A stretch of 32,000 bases of DNA from Clostridia bacterium (GTDB lineage: Bacteria; Bacillota; Clostridia; Christensenellales; Aristaeellaceae), in the NCBI GenBank assembly GCA_030526225.1, contig JAUNDF010000001.1:17885-49884 (forward strand). Direction: 5' to 3'. The notes under the pieces were generated by a model. It saw only the letters and a program-made list of their open reading frames with translations. It had not been told where the DNA came from and made no database searches. Below are positions 9,347 to 18,813 of the stretch, piece after piece (the stretch's first letter is position 1; every line of letters begins with the position of its first letter). The position numbers and the translations under genes were made by a program.

Positions 9347-10061
9347 AAGCGTACTCCTCTTCAGACGGCAGCAGGGTGAGCAGAATCATTTCGCAGGGGT
9401 TGTTCAGCCGGGGTGCCCAGGTGGAATTGGTCATGCCCCGGCTGATGAGCAGATGCCCGTCGTCGTGGTAGCCCTGGGTATACCGTGGCAAAAAGCCCTG
9501 CCCCGGCGCATACAGCCCCCTGCCCAGCAGACAGATTTGTCCCCCATGGGCATGGCCGGAAAGGGTCAGCTCAATGCCGCTGCCGCGGATGTATTTGTTG
9601 TAATATTCGGGGTGATGGCACAGCAGCAGCCGGAAGCCCTCTGCCTGCTGCAGCTGTCTGACGGCCCGCAGGCTGGGTGCCTCAAATGGCGAGCTGGAAA
9701 AGCCGCCGATGGTAATGCCGCCGAATGCTTCCACCCGATTGTCCAGCACATGAAAGCCGTGCTTTTTTGCATAGCGAATCAGCACCGGACCGTCCTTCGA
9801 TTTCTTTTCATGGTTGCCGATGGCATAAAACACCGGCTTGCCCATGTCGGCCACCCGGTCGATAAACATTCGGGCGTACTGCTGACCCGGCCGGTGGCGG
9901 TTGGGCAAATCGCCCACCACCAGAATGCAGTCGGCATCGGCCATGGCATCATAAGCCCAGTCGCAGGGGCCGTTGTGCAAATCGGTTACCACCGCGGCCT
10001 TCAGTTTGCGGCGGATTTTATCGGAGCGTACCGTGTGCTCCGTAATCTGACAGGGTATCAT
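9339..10061 (-). CDS. Metallophosphoesterase (calcineurin-like)
   Basis: Motifs VVTDLHNG, VVGDL, GNHE and SGHAHGG. Start trimmed to the ATG at 10061 (GGGAGA RBS); the alternative is 10076. The track ORF up to 10349 would overlap the upstream gene. TGA stop. Confidence 0.8.
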   Translation of the reverse strand: MIPCQITEHTVRSDKIRRKLKAAVVTDLHNGPCDWAYDAMADADCILVVGDLPNRHRPGQQYARMFIDRVADMGKPVFYAIGNHEKKSKDGPVLIRYAKKHGFHVLDNRVEAFGGITIGGFSSSPFEAPSLRAVRQLQQAEGFRLLLCHHPEYYNKYIRGSGIELTLSGHAHGGQICLLGRGLYAPGQGFLPRYTQGYHDDGHLLISRGMTNSTWAPRLNNPCEMILLTLLPSEEEYAYE

Positions 10062-10090
10062 GGATGTTTCTCCCATCGGTCCACAAGTAA

Positions 10091-10975
10091 TCAGAATGCC
10101 TTGTTGGCCATTTTGCGGAAGCTGTAGGAGCCGGCCAGACCGCCGATAAGCAGCAGATCGCTGATCATGAACAGGGGCAGGGCCAGCTTGTTCATCAGCG
10201 TTTTGGCCTGCATGGTCAGCACCTGAGAGTACAATATCGGCTTGACATCCACCAGACACAGCACCACAAACAGCGTGCAGAGCAGGAAGCCAGCCGCCGC
10301 CAGCGCCGCGCACATATGAGCGACCGCCAGCGCAGGCTTCTTGGCGCACACCAGCAGCATCAGCCCGGCCATCACCAGCCCCAGCAGGCCGAAAATCAGC
10401 GGCAGCCAGGGTACCATGGCAGTAAACAGGGTGTAGTCCTTGATGCCAAGCACCTTGCCTGCCCCGAAGGACACAATGTTGGAGCGCACAGGCAGCACGC
10501 TCTCCCGCAATGCCTTGGTAAAGCGGGATACGATTTTGGTGTTGATGACCACATCCTGCAGCATTTCCGGATGGGCCTCGGCAAAGCCCTCATCCGCCTT
10601 GATGGCGGCCACCATATCACCGGTGGGCCATTCCGGGGCATTGAGGGACACGGCGCCGTTAATCAGCCCCAGCCACCAGCTGACGGCATCCCGGTTGAAC
10701 TGGTTCAGCTCCTCCTCAGTAACATCGCCGGTAAGGTAGGCAGGGTCGAAGCCGTATTCATCCGCCAGCTGCTTAGCCGCATTGTTGATGGTATCCAGCT
10801 GCAGGGTTCGGATTTCCGGCGAGGAAACCACCCGGTCATGGATGGTTCTGTTCTGGAAAAGGTAGGCCATCAGCCCGGTCAGCCCCGCCATGATGATGCA
10901 GAAGGTCAGCATCAGTGCCAGCAGGAAGGAAACACAACGGGCCGCCTTGCCGGGGTACATGCGTTTTGTCATCAT
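10091..10975 (-). CDS. Polytopic membrane protein of unknown function
   Basis: Start trimmed to ATGATG at 10975 (MMTKRMYPGKAARCVSFLLALML...). It has an N-terminal TM helix, a soluble middle segment of about 170 aa, and a C-terminal cluster of hydrophobic helices. TGA stop. I recognise no family. Confidence 0.6.
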   Translation of the reverse strand: MMTKRMYPGKAARCVSFLLALMLTFCIIMAGLTGLMAYLFQNRTIHDRVVSSPEIRTLQLDTINNAAKQLADEYGFDPAYLTGDVTEEELNQFNRDAVSWWLGLINGAVSLNAPEWPTGDMVAAIKADEGFAEAHPEMLQDVVINTKIVSRFTKALRESVLPVRSNIVSFGAGKVLGIKDYTLFTAMVPWLPLIFGLLGLVMAGLMLLVCAKKPALAVAHMCAALAAAGFLLCTLFVVLCLVDVKPILYSQVLTMQAKTLMNKLALPLFMISDLLLIGGLAGSYSFRKMANKAF

Positions 10976-11124
10976 GGAATCACCACCAGCTTCATTGCTA
11001 CATCCAGCAGGGACAGAATTTTGTCCCCGAACAGGAGGCATACGGCAGCCGCTGCCGCCGCAAATACCAGCACAATGCCCAGCGGGAACAGCAGCCAGCC
11101 CTTGGTCGGTTTTGATTGATTCAT
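10972..11124 (-). CDS. Small (50 aa) single-pass membrane protein, below the ORF-track size cutoff
   Basis: MNQSKPTKGWLLFPLGIVLVFAAAAAAVCLLFGDKILSLLDVAMKLVVIP. RBS AAAGGTGGA lies 6 nt before the ATG at 11124. Its TGA overlaps the ATG of the next gene (ATGA). Confidence 0.55.
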   Translation of the reverse strand: MNQSKPTKGWLLFPLGIVLVFAAAAAAVCLLFGDKILSLLDVAMKLVVIP

Positions 11125-11151
11125 CGTTCTTCCACCTTTATGTTCATCTTG

Positions 11152-13170
11152 TCAGTGTTCTGATTTTCTGGTGCGGGCCGGGCGCGCACGGCGCTGCTGT
11201 ACCTTGTGGGGCTTCACGGTTTCGCCCCGCATCTCCAGCAGACGGTCACGCAGCTGTGCCGCCTTCTCAAATTCCAGCGACTTGGCCGCGGTGAGCATCT
11301 CTTCCTCGATGGAGCGCATCAGTGCCTCGCGCTCTTCATCATTGAGTGCCACCGGCGATGTGGATTCCACCTTGCGGGTGATTTCCAGCACATCCCGCAC
11401 GGCGTTGCGCACGGTTTCCGGCGTGATGCCATGGATGCGGTTGTATTCCATCTGAATGGCCCGGCGGCGGTTTGTTTCCGTAATGGCGCGGGTCATGGAA
11501 TCGGTCATGATATCGCCGTAGAGGATAACCCGGCCATCCGCATTGCGGGCGGCGCGGCCGATGGTCTGCACAAGGCTTGTTTCGCTGCGCAGGAAGCCTT
11601 CCTTATCCGCATCCAGAATGGCCACCAGCGATACCTCGGGCAGGTCAAGGCCTTCACGAAGGAGGTTGATGCCCACCAGCACATCGTATTCGCCAAGACG
11701 CAGGTCTCGAATGAGCGTCATGCGCTCCATGGTCTGGATATCGCTGTGCAGGTAGCGGACACGGATGCCCAAATCCTCCAGATACTCGGTCAGGCTTTCC
11801 GCCATGGCCTTGGTAAGGGTGGTCACCAGCACTCGCTCGTTCTTTTCCGTTACCTTGCGGATTTCGCCCACCAGATCATCCACCTGACCAGTGGCCTTCT
11901 TCAGCACAATCTGCGGATCCAGCAGGCCCGTGGGACGGATAATCTGCTCCACCACCTGCTGGGTATGCTCGGCCTCATAGGGTCCGGGGGTGGCGGATAC
12001 GTAAACCGTCTGGCCGATTTTCTGCTCAAACTCGCCGAACAGCAACGGCCGGTTGTCAAAGGCAGAGGGCAGGCGGAAACCATACTCCACCAGCGTGTTC
12101 TTTCTGGCCCGGTCACCATTGTACATGGCGCGGATTTGCGGGATGGTCACGTGGCTTTCGTCGATAAAGCAGAGGAAATCGTCGGGGAAATAGTCCAGCA
12201 GACAGTAGGGCGCATCCCCGGGCTGACGGCCGTCGAAATAGCGGCTGTAGTTCTCGATGCCCTGACAGTAGCCGATTTCCCGCATCATTTCCACATCGTA
12301 GTTGGTACGCTGGGCAATGCGCTGGGCCTCCAGCAGCTTGCCGTCCCGGGTAAAGAAATCGATGCGTTCCTTCAGGTCCTGCTCGATAACGGCAATACCC
12401 TCTTCCATCTTCTGCTTGTCCGTGGCGTAGTGGGTTGCCGGGAAGATGGAGGCATGCTCCAGGCGGCACAGCACATGGCCGTTGACCGCCTCAATCTCGC
12501 TGATCTGGTCGATTTCATCCCCGAAGAACTCGATGCGCAGTGCGTGTTCATGCTCCCCTGCCGGAATGATTTCCACCGTGTCCCCCCGCACCCGGAAGGT
12601 GCCGCGGACGAAATCAATGTCATTGCGCTCGTACTGGATGTCAATCAGCTGACGCAGCAGCGTATCCCGGGGAATTTCCATGCCCGGACGCAGGGAAACC
12701 ATCTGCCCCTCGTACTCGCTGGGGTCACCCATGGAGTAGATGCAGCTGACGGAGGCAACGATGATGACATCCTCCCGCTCCCGAAGCGCCGCCGTGGCCG
12801 AGTGGCGCAGGCGCTCAATCTCCTCGTTGATGGAGGCATCCTTTTCAATATATGTATCGGAGGAGGCGATGTAGGCTTCGGGCTGGTAGTAATCGTAGTA
12901 GGACACGAAATACTCCACCCGGCTGTCGGGGAAAAATGCCTTGAACTCGCTGCACAGCTGTGCCGCCAGCGTTTTGTTATGGGCAATGACCAGGGTGGGC
13001 TTCTGCACCTTTTCAATCACCGATGCCATGGTGAAGGTTTTGCCGGAGCCGGTTACACCCAGCAGCACCTGATGCTGCATCCCTTCCTGCACGCCCTTTG
13101 CCAGCGCTTCGATGGCCTGCGGCTGGTCACCGCTGGGCTTGTAGGGAGACTTAAGGACAAACTTTCCCAT
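11152..13170 (-). CDS. uvrB: Excinuclease ABC subunit B
   Basis: Start trimmed to the ATG at 13170 (GGAGGAG RBS), [21 protein letters not shown].... Walker A GVTGSGKT, helicase motifs, and a C-terminal UVR domain ([11 protein letters not shown]). TGA stop. Confidence 0.97.
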   Translation of the reverse strand: MGKFVLKSPYKPSGDQPQAIEALAKGVQEGMQHQVLLGVTGSGKTFTMASVIEKVQKPTLVIAHNKTLAAQLCSEFKAFFPDSRVEYFVSYYDYYQPEAYIASSDTYIEKDASINEEIERLRHSATAALREREDVIIVASVSCIYSMGDPSEYEGQMVSLRPGMEIPRDTLLRQLIDIQYERNDIDFVRGTFRVRGDTVEIIPAGEHEHALRIEFFGDEIDQISEIEAVNGHVLCRLEHASIFPATHYATDKQKMEEGIAVIEQDLKERIDFFTRDGKLLEAQRIAQRTNYDVEMMREIGYCQGIENYSRYFDGRQPGDAPYCLLDYFPDDFLCFIDESHVTIPQIRAMYNGDRARKNTLVEYGFRLPSAFDNRPLLFGEFEQKIGQTVYVSATPGPYEAEHTQQVVEQIIRPTGLLDPQIVLKKATGQVDDLVGEIRKVTEKNERVLVTTLTKAMAESLTEYLEDLGIRVRYLHSDIQTMERMTLIRDLRLGEYDVLVGINLLREGLDLPEVSLVAILDADKEGFLRSETSLVQTIGRAARNADGRVILYGDIMTDSMTRAITETNRRRAIQMEYNRIHGITPETVRNAVRDVLEITRKVESTSPVALNDEEREALMRSIEEEMLTAAKSLEFEKAAQLRDRLLEMRGETVKPHKVQQRRARPARTRKSEH

Positions 13171-13200
13171 ACTGCTCCTCCGGATAGAATTCTTCAGCTT

Positions 13201-13229
13201 ATGATACCACATTCCATGGCAAACCTCAA
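13201..13229 (-). promoter_or_regulatory. Putative promoter of uvrB (TTGAGG-N17-TATCAT, TG-extended)
   Basis: On the minus strand, -35 TTGAGG is at 13224-13229 and -10 TATCAT at 13201-13206, preceded by TGg. This is about 30 nt upstream of the ATG. Confidence 0.45.
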
Positions 13230-13273
13230 CCGTGGGAGGCTGTTTTTTCAATTCTTACGGCACCTGCAGAGAG

Positions 13274-13307
13274 CAAAAAAAGGACAGCCCGAAGGCCGTC
13301 CTTTTTT
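13274..13307 (-). terminator. Rho-independent terminator after the exported-protein trio
   Basis: AAAAAAA-GGACaGCC-cgaa-GGCcGTCC-TTTTTT, 12 nt after the stop at 13319. The architecture is symmetric, with A and T runs on both sides. Confidence 0.7.
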
Positions 13308-13318
13308 CGATGCTCTCA

Positions 13319-14695
13319 TCAGTAAATCAGCTTCATCAGCGTGGTAAAGGGAATGTCCTTTGTCAGCATGGTGGCCAGCATGATGATGCCCTGATTTGTT
13401 TTTTCCGCATACTGCTCCAGCTCCTCCTGACCGGCAGTGAGCAGGGACAGGGGGCGAAGGTTTGCTTCATCAATGCTGATTGCTTCACCGGGCTGTGTTT
13501 CAGCCGTCAGCACTGCGGCAGGGGTGTCATCATCGCCCAGATAATGCGCCATGCGGTATGTGACCGAATCACCGGCGGTAACCACAGACTCTTCCCCACG
13601 GATAACCGCCATGCTCCCGCCCAGAGCTTTCGTCAGGGTGAAGCTGTTTTCCACATTGCCCTCGTCCACCCCGGCAAGGGTACCGGTCAGGCCAATCAGC
13701 TGTTCGCCGCGGCGGATGACCTCATCGATGGCAACGATGTCGTCGGGATAGTAGTACAGCTCGCCGCTGTAATCGGCATGAAGACCGTCCGCAGGCACAA
13801 AGGATGCCTTGCCGGCGATGGTCCTGTGATCGTTTTCAATGCACACAGCCCCGTGCAGGCCATTCTGGAAGCCCAGATTCAGCTGCACATAGGCGGGCTG
13901 ACCGCCGTCTACAAAGACCGTAGGGCCGATGAGGGCATCGTTTTCGTCAAAGATGGCCCTGATGTCCCACAGGCAATCGTCAAAGAGCGTTTCGGCCAGC
14001 TGATTGTACTGGTGCAGTGCCGCAATCATGCCGCCCACCTGCTCATCGTCCAGCAGGGCCTTGAGGAGCGCCATCACGTCCGCTTCCTCTTCCAGCGCGG
14101 AGAGCGCCGCATCGACCCATGTGACAATCTGACCGTCCACAAACTGCCAGCACAGCGCGTAGGTGCCGCCGCTGTAAACCTCGCTGGAGAAATCGCCGGT
14201 CTGCTTCACAGGCTTCCATGCATCACCGGCCTTTGCCGCGGTTTTGGCGGCAATCCGGCCAAGGGCGCCGGCCCAGTCCACCGCAAGCTCACTGCCGAGA
14301 GCGTTCATTTCCTCGGGGGAAAAGTCAAGATAGAAATCTTCCCAGAAGGAGGAGGCAATTTTCAGCCCGCCGTCTGCATAGACAGCGGTCACATCGGCTG
14401 CCATATCGCCGCCGTACAGCAGGGTCAGGCAGATGGCACTGTCATCAACCGCCAGCTGAAGCTGCAGCTTGCCGATGGCCTTCTCCAGCCCGCACAGCAG
14501 CTCCACAGTGCTTTCATCGGGGATGATGGCGGCGGTATCGATGGCCGTGGTACCATCCTCGGGCCGAATGCTGTCACAATACGCCTTGATGCGTTCGCCG
14601 TCCAGTGTCAGGTACAGCGTTGTCACGCGGCTCTGTGCCAGCGCCGCCACAGGCAGCAGCATCAGGGCCAGCAGGAGTGCAAGCAGCTTTTTCAT
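13319..14695 (-). CDS. Secreted protein of unknown function (trio member A)
   Basis: Start at the ATG at 14695 (GAGGAGG 10 nt upstream); the track uses a GTG at 14704. Signal peptide MKKLLALLLALMLLPVAALA/QS. TGA stop. No family recognised. Confidence 0.65.
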   Translation of the reverse strand: MKKLLALLLALMLLPVAALAQSRVTTLYLTLDGERIKAYCDSIRPEDGTTAIDTAAIIPDESTVELLCGLEKAIGKLQLQLAVDDSAICLTLLYGGDMAADVTAVYADGGLKIASSFWEDFYLDFSPEEMNALGSELAVDWAGALGRIAAKTAAKAGDAWKPVKQTGDFSSEVYSGGTYALCWQFVDGQIVTWVDAALSALEEEADVMALLKALLDDEQVGGMIAALHQYNQLAETLFDDCLWDIRAIFDENDALIGPTVFVDGGQPAYVQLNLGFQNGLHGAVCIENDHRTIAGKASFVPADGLHADYSGELYYYPDDIVAIDEVIRRGEQLIGLTGTLAGVDEGNVENSFTLTKALGGSMAVIRGEESVVTAGDSVTYRMAHYLGDDDTPAAVLTAETQPGEAISIDEANLRPLSLLTAGQEELEQYAEKTNQGIIMLATMLTKDIPFTTLMKLIY

Positions 14696-14700
14696 GCCGG

Positions 14701-16311
14701 TCACACCTCCTCTGCGTCATCCGTCTGCGTGTCATCCGGCTGAGCATCATCGCCCGCAGGCGCTTCCTGTTCTTCGGCCGGTTCCTCTTCCTGTGCTTCG
14801 TCGGGTGCTTCCGTTTCGGCAGGTGCCTCCGTGGGAGCGGCATCGGCGGCTTCATCGGCGGTATCCTGCTCAGGCGCTGCGGCCTCGATGGTCGCTGCCA
14901 GCCGGATGGCCCCCTCGCTCAGCTGCTCACGTACATGCTCCCGTGCCTCCGCATCCATGGTGCGCACATCTGTACCGCCGGATGCATCGCCGAAGCTCAC
15001 CGCCCAGGGGGCTGCCGTCTTGGCCTTGCCCTGCCATGTGAACTGGTCCAGACCGATGATGGCGCTGCCCTCGGTCTCCAGCGTGGTGGGGCTGGTGTTG
15101 GCGGATTTGCTGTGCAGGTGCACCTTGCAGGTAATGTCTGCCGGGGTAATTTCCTTCACGTTCAGGTTCTTGCCGTCCAGCAGGTTGGTGTTGGCCACCG
15201 TCAGATGGATGTTGTACCATGTGTGCTGGCGGGTATCGCTGTCCACCTCATACTTCTCGTCCATTTCCACAGAGAAGCTGAAGGACCATGCCTCGTTTTC
15301 CGCATTCTGCGGCACATTGGTCACCGTACCGGAGCGGACCAGTTTTCCGTCCTTTTCACCGGCTGCCAGCTCAATGGTCATCACGGCGCTGTCACCGGAA
15401 AGCACGATTTCCGTGCTGTCCCTGCCCGTATCCACAGACAGGGTGCGCCACGCCTGTTCGCCGCCGTCTGCCAGAGGCAGGGTGACACGGGTGTGGCATT
15501 CCTCGCCCTTGCCGGTGAGCTCGCGCTCGAAAATCACCTTGCCGGGCAGGGAGATGGCATCAATCAGCGCCTCGTAGAAATACAGGTAGCCCGCATCCAG
15601 ATAAGCGGCAATCTGCTCGCCGGTCATCTGGCTCTTGAGCAGGGACACCAGCTTTTCGTCATTCAGAGCCGTGCGGACCAGCCACACCAGCTTTTCCTTG
15701 ATGCTTTCCTCCGGAATCTCGTAGCGGATGAGAATCACGGTCTCGCCGTTGTCATCCTTGGAAACCACGGGGGCGGCGGCAAAGTCGTTCAGCCACAGCT
15801 CCAGATCGGTGTAGTAGGGCTGGAGGACAGGCGCCCAGTCCATCTCCCATTTGGTCTGGGAAACATTCATGATGTTGGCCGCAACGGAATACCACACGGG
15901 GCTGTTGCCGGTCTGCCCGAAGAGGGCATTCCAGATATCGCCGTCGGTGGGCAGGGTCAGCAGCACTTCGGGGGCCAGCTCGCTGGACAGGGCAACGGTG
16001 GCACCGTCGGACCACAATGTGGTGGTGCCAAGGTTCTCTTCCCCGCTGACCAGATGCATTTCCGTTACAAAGCCAGCACCGGAGGCAATGGATGTAAAGC
16101 CGATTTCAATGCCGGAGACAGCCTTGAGCAGCTCGTTTTCCGCATCAGCCCCGGCAAAAATGGTAATGCTGCCCTTCAGGCCGCTGCCGATCTGCAGCTG
16201 CTTGCCCATTTTCTCCAGCAGTGTATACTCCGCGGCAGAAGCACACACCGACGCCAGGCACAGCATCAGCGCCAGGAAAAGGCAAGCAATACGCTTTGTT
16301 ATTTTCCTCAT
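14701..16311 (-). CDS. Secreted protein of unknown function with acidic low-complexity C-terminal tail (trio member B)
   Basis: 536 aa. Signal peptide MRKITKRIACLFLALMLCLASVCASA/AE. RBS GGAGGA. The ATG overlaps the upstream stop (ATGA at 16308-16311). The last 59 aa or so are D/E/A/P/T-rich. TGA stop. Confidence 0.65.
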   Translation of the reverse strand: MRKITKRIACLFLALMLCLASVCASAAEYTLLEKMGKQLQIGSGLKGSITIFAGADAENELLKAVSGIEIGFTSIASGAGFVTEMHLVSGEENLGTTTLWSDGATVALSSELAPEVLLTLPTDGDIWNALFGQTGNSPVWYSVAANIMNVSQTKWEMDWAPVLQPYYTDLELWLNDFAAAPVVSKDDNGETVILIRYEIPEESIKEKLVWLVRTALNDEKLVSLLKSQMTGEQIAAYLDAGYLYFYEALIDAISLPGKVIFERELTGKGEECHTRVTLPLADGGEQAWRTLSVDTGRDSTEIVLSGDSAVMTIELAAGEKDGKLVRSGTVTNVPQNAENEAWSFSFSVEMDEKYEVDSDTRQHTWYNIHLTVANTNLLDGKNLNVKEITPADITCKVHLHSKSANTSPTTLETEGSAIIGLDQFTWQGKAKTAAPWAVSFGDASGGTDVRTMDAEAREHVREQLSEGAIRLAATIEAAAPEQDTADEAADAAPTEAPAETEAPDEAQEEEPAEEQEAPAGDDAQPDDTQTDDAEEV

Positions 16312-17792
16312 TCGACTTCCTCCGTTTCATTCTCCGTTTTGGCGGCATTGACGATGCCCTGCCATGCTTCATCGCTCAAATCCTGTGAAAGATACAGCGT
16401 ATCCTCCCGGGGAAGCAGTACCAGCGGGCTGAGCAATGCCTTGCCCACGGATTTCTGCGCCTGATCCCGCAGAGCGGCCATGGCATCAAAGGACACAAAG
16501 TCAAGGTCCACGGTCTTTTCCGCCGTCTTCTTTTCAAAGGGCTTGACCTCGGATACCGCCACATTCAGGGTAGCCTTTGTCTGGATGCGCTTGCCCTGCT
16601 TTGTCTCCACGCCCAATGTACCCTGCAGTCCGATTTTTCCGCTGTTTACGGTCACATCCGGCGTGAGGGTCAGGGTGCGGACAGGCGGCGCATCCTCCGC
16701 ATCGGGGGGCGTAATCTTTGCCGTTACGGTACCGGTCAGCTTGCTGCCGCCCGATACAGGCGTTTCGTTCAGCTTGGCCTCCACCGTGGAAACCGTTTTG
16801 TCGCGCTTGACGGTCACTTCCTGCTTCATGCCTGCCTCGCAGGCGGTGCCGTTTTCATCCACAATCAGCTTGCGGTCATAGGTGATGACATGCTTATCGC
16901 CGCCCTTGACAGCAGGGGCGCGCAGGGTGAATTCATCCCGCACCTGCTCGTCATCCCGACGAAGCGTCCAGTTGATTTTCACCTGACGCATGGATTCCTC
17001 ATCCGCGCCGCAGTTGCCCTGATAGGAAACCTTCAGCACCCTGCCCTCCTCGGAAAGATGGAAAACGAAGGTCTGCTTGCCCTCAAACACAAGGGCGGAA
17101 AGGAAGGTGTTCAGCCACCCCATGGGGCAGGCCTCCTGCAGGATGGGCTTCAGCTTGTCGCATTCGCCCTTGGGAATAACAACAGTGATTTTCTGCCGGG
17201 CAAGACCGATGTTTTTAATCGGTGTGCGGATCACCGACTCCTTGGCCCAGTCCATCATCCTCGGCGGCAGCTCCTGCACCAGCGCAGCTGCATCCTCCAG
17301 CCAGTGCATGGCATTGAGCACATCGCCCATGCCCTCCAGCTCGCCTTCCAGCTGAGTGGGGGCAGCGTTTTCCTCCCCGAAGAGCAGGTCAAAGGGAGAC
17401 TGACCGTCCTGAGTCTGGAAGACCGTATCCGGCACGGTGGACAGGTACAGGGCGCGGAACACATCCTCTTCCTGCGATTGCACGGAAAGCACGGTTTTGC
17501 CGTCCACCTGCACGGTCATCTTGTTGATGGCGGTGCCGTCCTGCTTCTGTGTCCCCACCGAAAGGCTGATATGGCTGATGAGGCTGTTGAGCTGCTGCAG
17601 CCGCACCTCGTCAAAGGGCATCAGCGACTCAAAGGCGCAGGACAGCTTCAGCCGCACCGGATGCTCATCCATCGCCCATTCAGCCAGCTGGGGCAGCAGC
17701 TTTGCCTCCCCCAGGGCAATGCCGGGGCACGCGGAAATCAACAGCAGCAGGCTCATCAGCCACGCCGCCAGTCGGTGCCTCAGTTTTCTCAC
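16308..17792 (-). CDS. Probable lipoprotein of unknown function (trio member C)
   Basis: The track ORF reaches 17900 but would overlap dus. The GTG at 17792 gives (M)RKLRHRLAAWLMSLLLLISAC with a lipobox-like LISAC and a positive n-region. The alternative ATG is at 17756. TGA stop. Confidence 0.6.
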   Translation of the reverse strand: MRKLRHRLAAWLMSLLLLISACPGIALGEAKLLPQLAEWAMDEHPVRLKLSCAFESLMPFDEVRLQQLNSLISHISLSVGTQKQDGTAINKMTVQVDGKTVLSVQSQEEDVFRALYLSTVPDTVFQTQDGQSPFDLLFGEENAAPTQLEGELEGMGDVLNAMHWLEDAAALVQELPPRMMDWAKESVIRTPIKNIGLARQKITVVIPKGECDKLKPILQEACPMGWLNTFLSALVFEGKQTFVFHLSEEGRVLKVSYQGNCGADEESMRQVKINWTLRRDDEQVRDEFTLRAPAVKGGDKHVITYDRKLIVDENGTACEAGMKQEVTVKRDKTVSTVEAKLNETPVSGGSKLTGTVTAKITPPDAEDAPPVRTLTLTPDVTVNSGKIGLQGTLGVETKQGKRIQTKATLNVAVSEVKPFEKKTAEKTVDLDFVSFDAMAALRDQAQKSVGKALLSPLVLLPREDTLYLSQDLSDEAWQGIVNAAKTENETEEVE

Positions 17793-17820
17793 AGCTTCCA
17801 CAACCTTTCGGGATTTTGAT

Positions 17821-18813
17821 TTACACCTTGATGTTGGGGGTGAAGACCGCTTCTTCACCGCAGGCGGCGTTTTCTGCCATAAACGCATCCAGCGCCGCAA
17901 AGACCTCCGCCGGCTTTGTGAGGGTGTTGATTTTCACCCGCATCTGTGCCGCGCCTCGCAGACCGTGAATGTACCATGCGATGTGCTTGCGCATCTCCCG
18001 CACGGCAATATGCTCCGGCTTCCAGTGAAGGAGCATGTCATAGTGGCGCTTGATGACATCAATGCGCTCAGCAAGCGTGGGCTGAGTCATCTCTTCCCCG
18101 CTCACCAGCTGCCTGATTTGCCGGAACAGCCACGGATTGCCCATGGCGCCCCGGGCAATCATCAGCCCGTCCACGCCGGAGGAGGCAATGCGCTTTGCCG
18201 CATCCTCAGGGGTAAAAATGTCACCGTTGCCGATGACCGGCACAGACACCGTCTGCTTCACCTTTTCAATCCATGTCCAGTCCGCGGTGCCGCTGTACTG
18301 CTGCTGCCGCGTGCGGCCATGGACACAGATTTCGCTGACACCGGCATCCTCGGCGCGCTTTGCCATCTCCAGCACATTGATGGAGCTTTCGTCCCAGCCA
18401 AGGCGCATCTTCACCGACACCGGCAGGCTGGTGGCCTTCACCGTCTCCTCCATAATCCGGGAGGCCAGCTCCGGCGTGCGCATCAGGCCGCTGCCTTCCC
18501 CGGCATTGGCGATTTTCGGGGCCGGGCAGCCCATGTTGATATCAATGCCGTCATACCGTCCAAGGGCGGTCAGCTCTGCCGCCGCCCTTGCCATCACATC
18601 CGGCTATTTGCCAAACAGCTGCAGCACCAGCTTCGGCTCCCGTTCATCGCGGATCAGCAGCTGCTCGGTGCTGGTCTGCCCCTTGGGGGCGCAGACATAG
18701 CCCATGGCGCTGACCATTTCCGTGGTGGCTGCATCACAGCCCTGCTCAAAGCAAAGCACACGGAAGGGCCAGTCTGTAACCCCCGCCAGGGGGGCAAGCT
18801 TCAGTTGAATCAT
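17821..18813 (-). pseudogene. dus: tRNA-dihydrouridine synthase (Dus family), interrupted by a single in-frame TAG at 18604-18606
   Basis: The N-terminal piece (M)IQLKLAPLAGVTDWPFRVLC...LQLFGK and the C-terminal piece [11 protein letters not shown]...[11 protein letters not shown]...[11 protein letters not shown] are in the same frame. Joined length is about 330 codons, typical for Dus. The ATG at 18813 overlaps the upstream TGA (TGATG). TAA stop. Confidence 0.88.

Noticed and set aside
9339-10349. N-terminal extensions of track ORFs: metallophosphoesterase to 10349, uvrB to 13251, mreB to 21784, STAS/kinase to 7155, J-protein to 22605, DUF5685-like to 23435, surface protein to 26168, racemase to 31452 and trio C to 17900
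   Set aside because: The extensions overlap upstream genes or intergenic promoters and lack an RBS. Internal starts have good Shine-Dalgarno sequences and reproduce the N-termini expected for these families or proper signal peptides.
13171-13200. LexA/DinR SOS box (CGAAC-N4-GTTCG) in front of uvrB
   Set aside because: Only a GAATTC-containing stretch (AGAATTCTTC) is present, and it does not match the GAAC-N4-GTTC core. I make no SOS-box call.
3176-18606. Pyrrolysine as the explanation for the two in-frame TAG codons
   Set aside because: No pylT/pylS/pylBCD genes or methylamine methyltransferase genes are in the window. The interrupted genes (dnaJ, dus) are not known Pyl proteins. The positions correspond to ordinary Tyr and Asp/Glu residues in homologues. 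I keep this only as something a genome-wide search would exclude.
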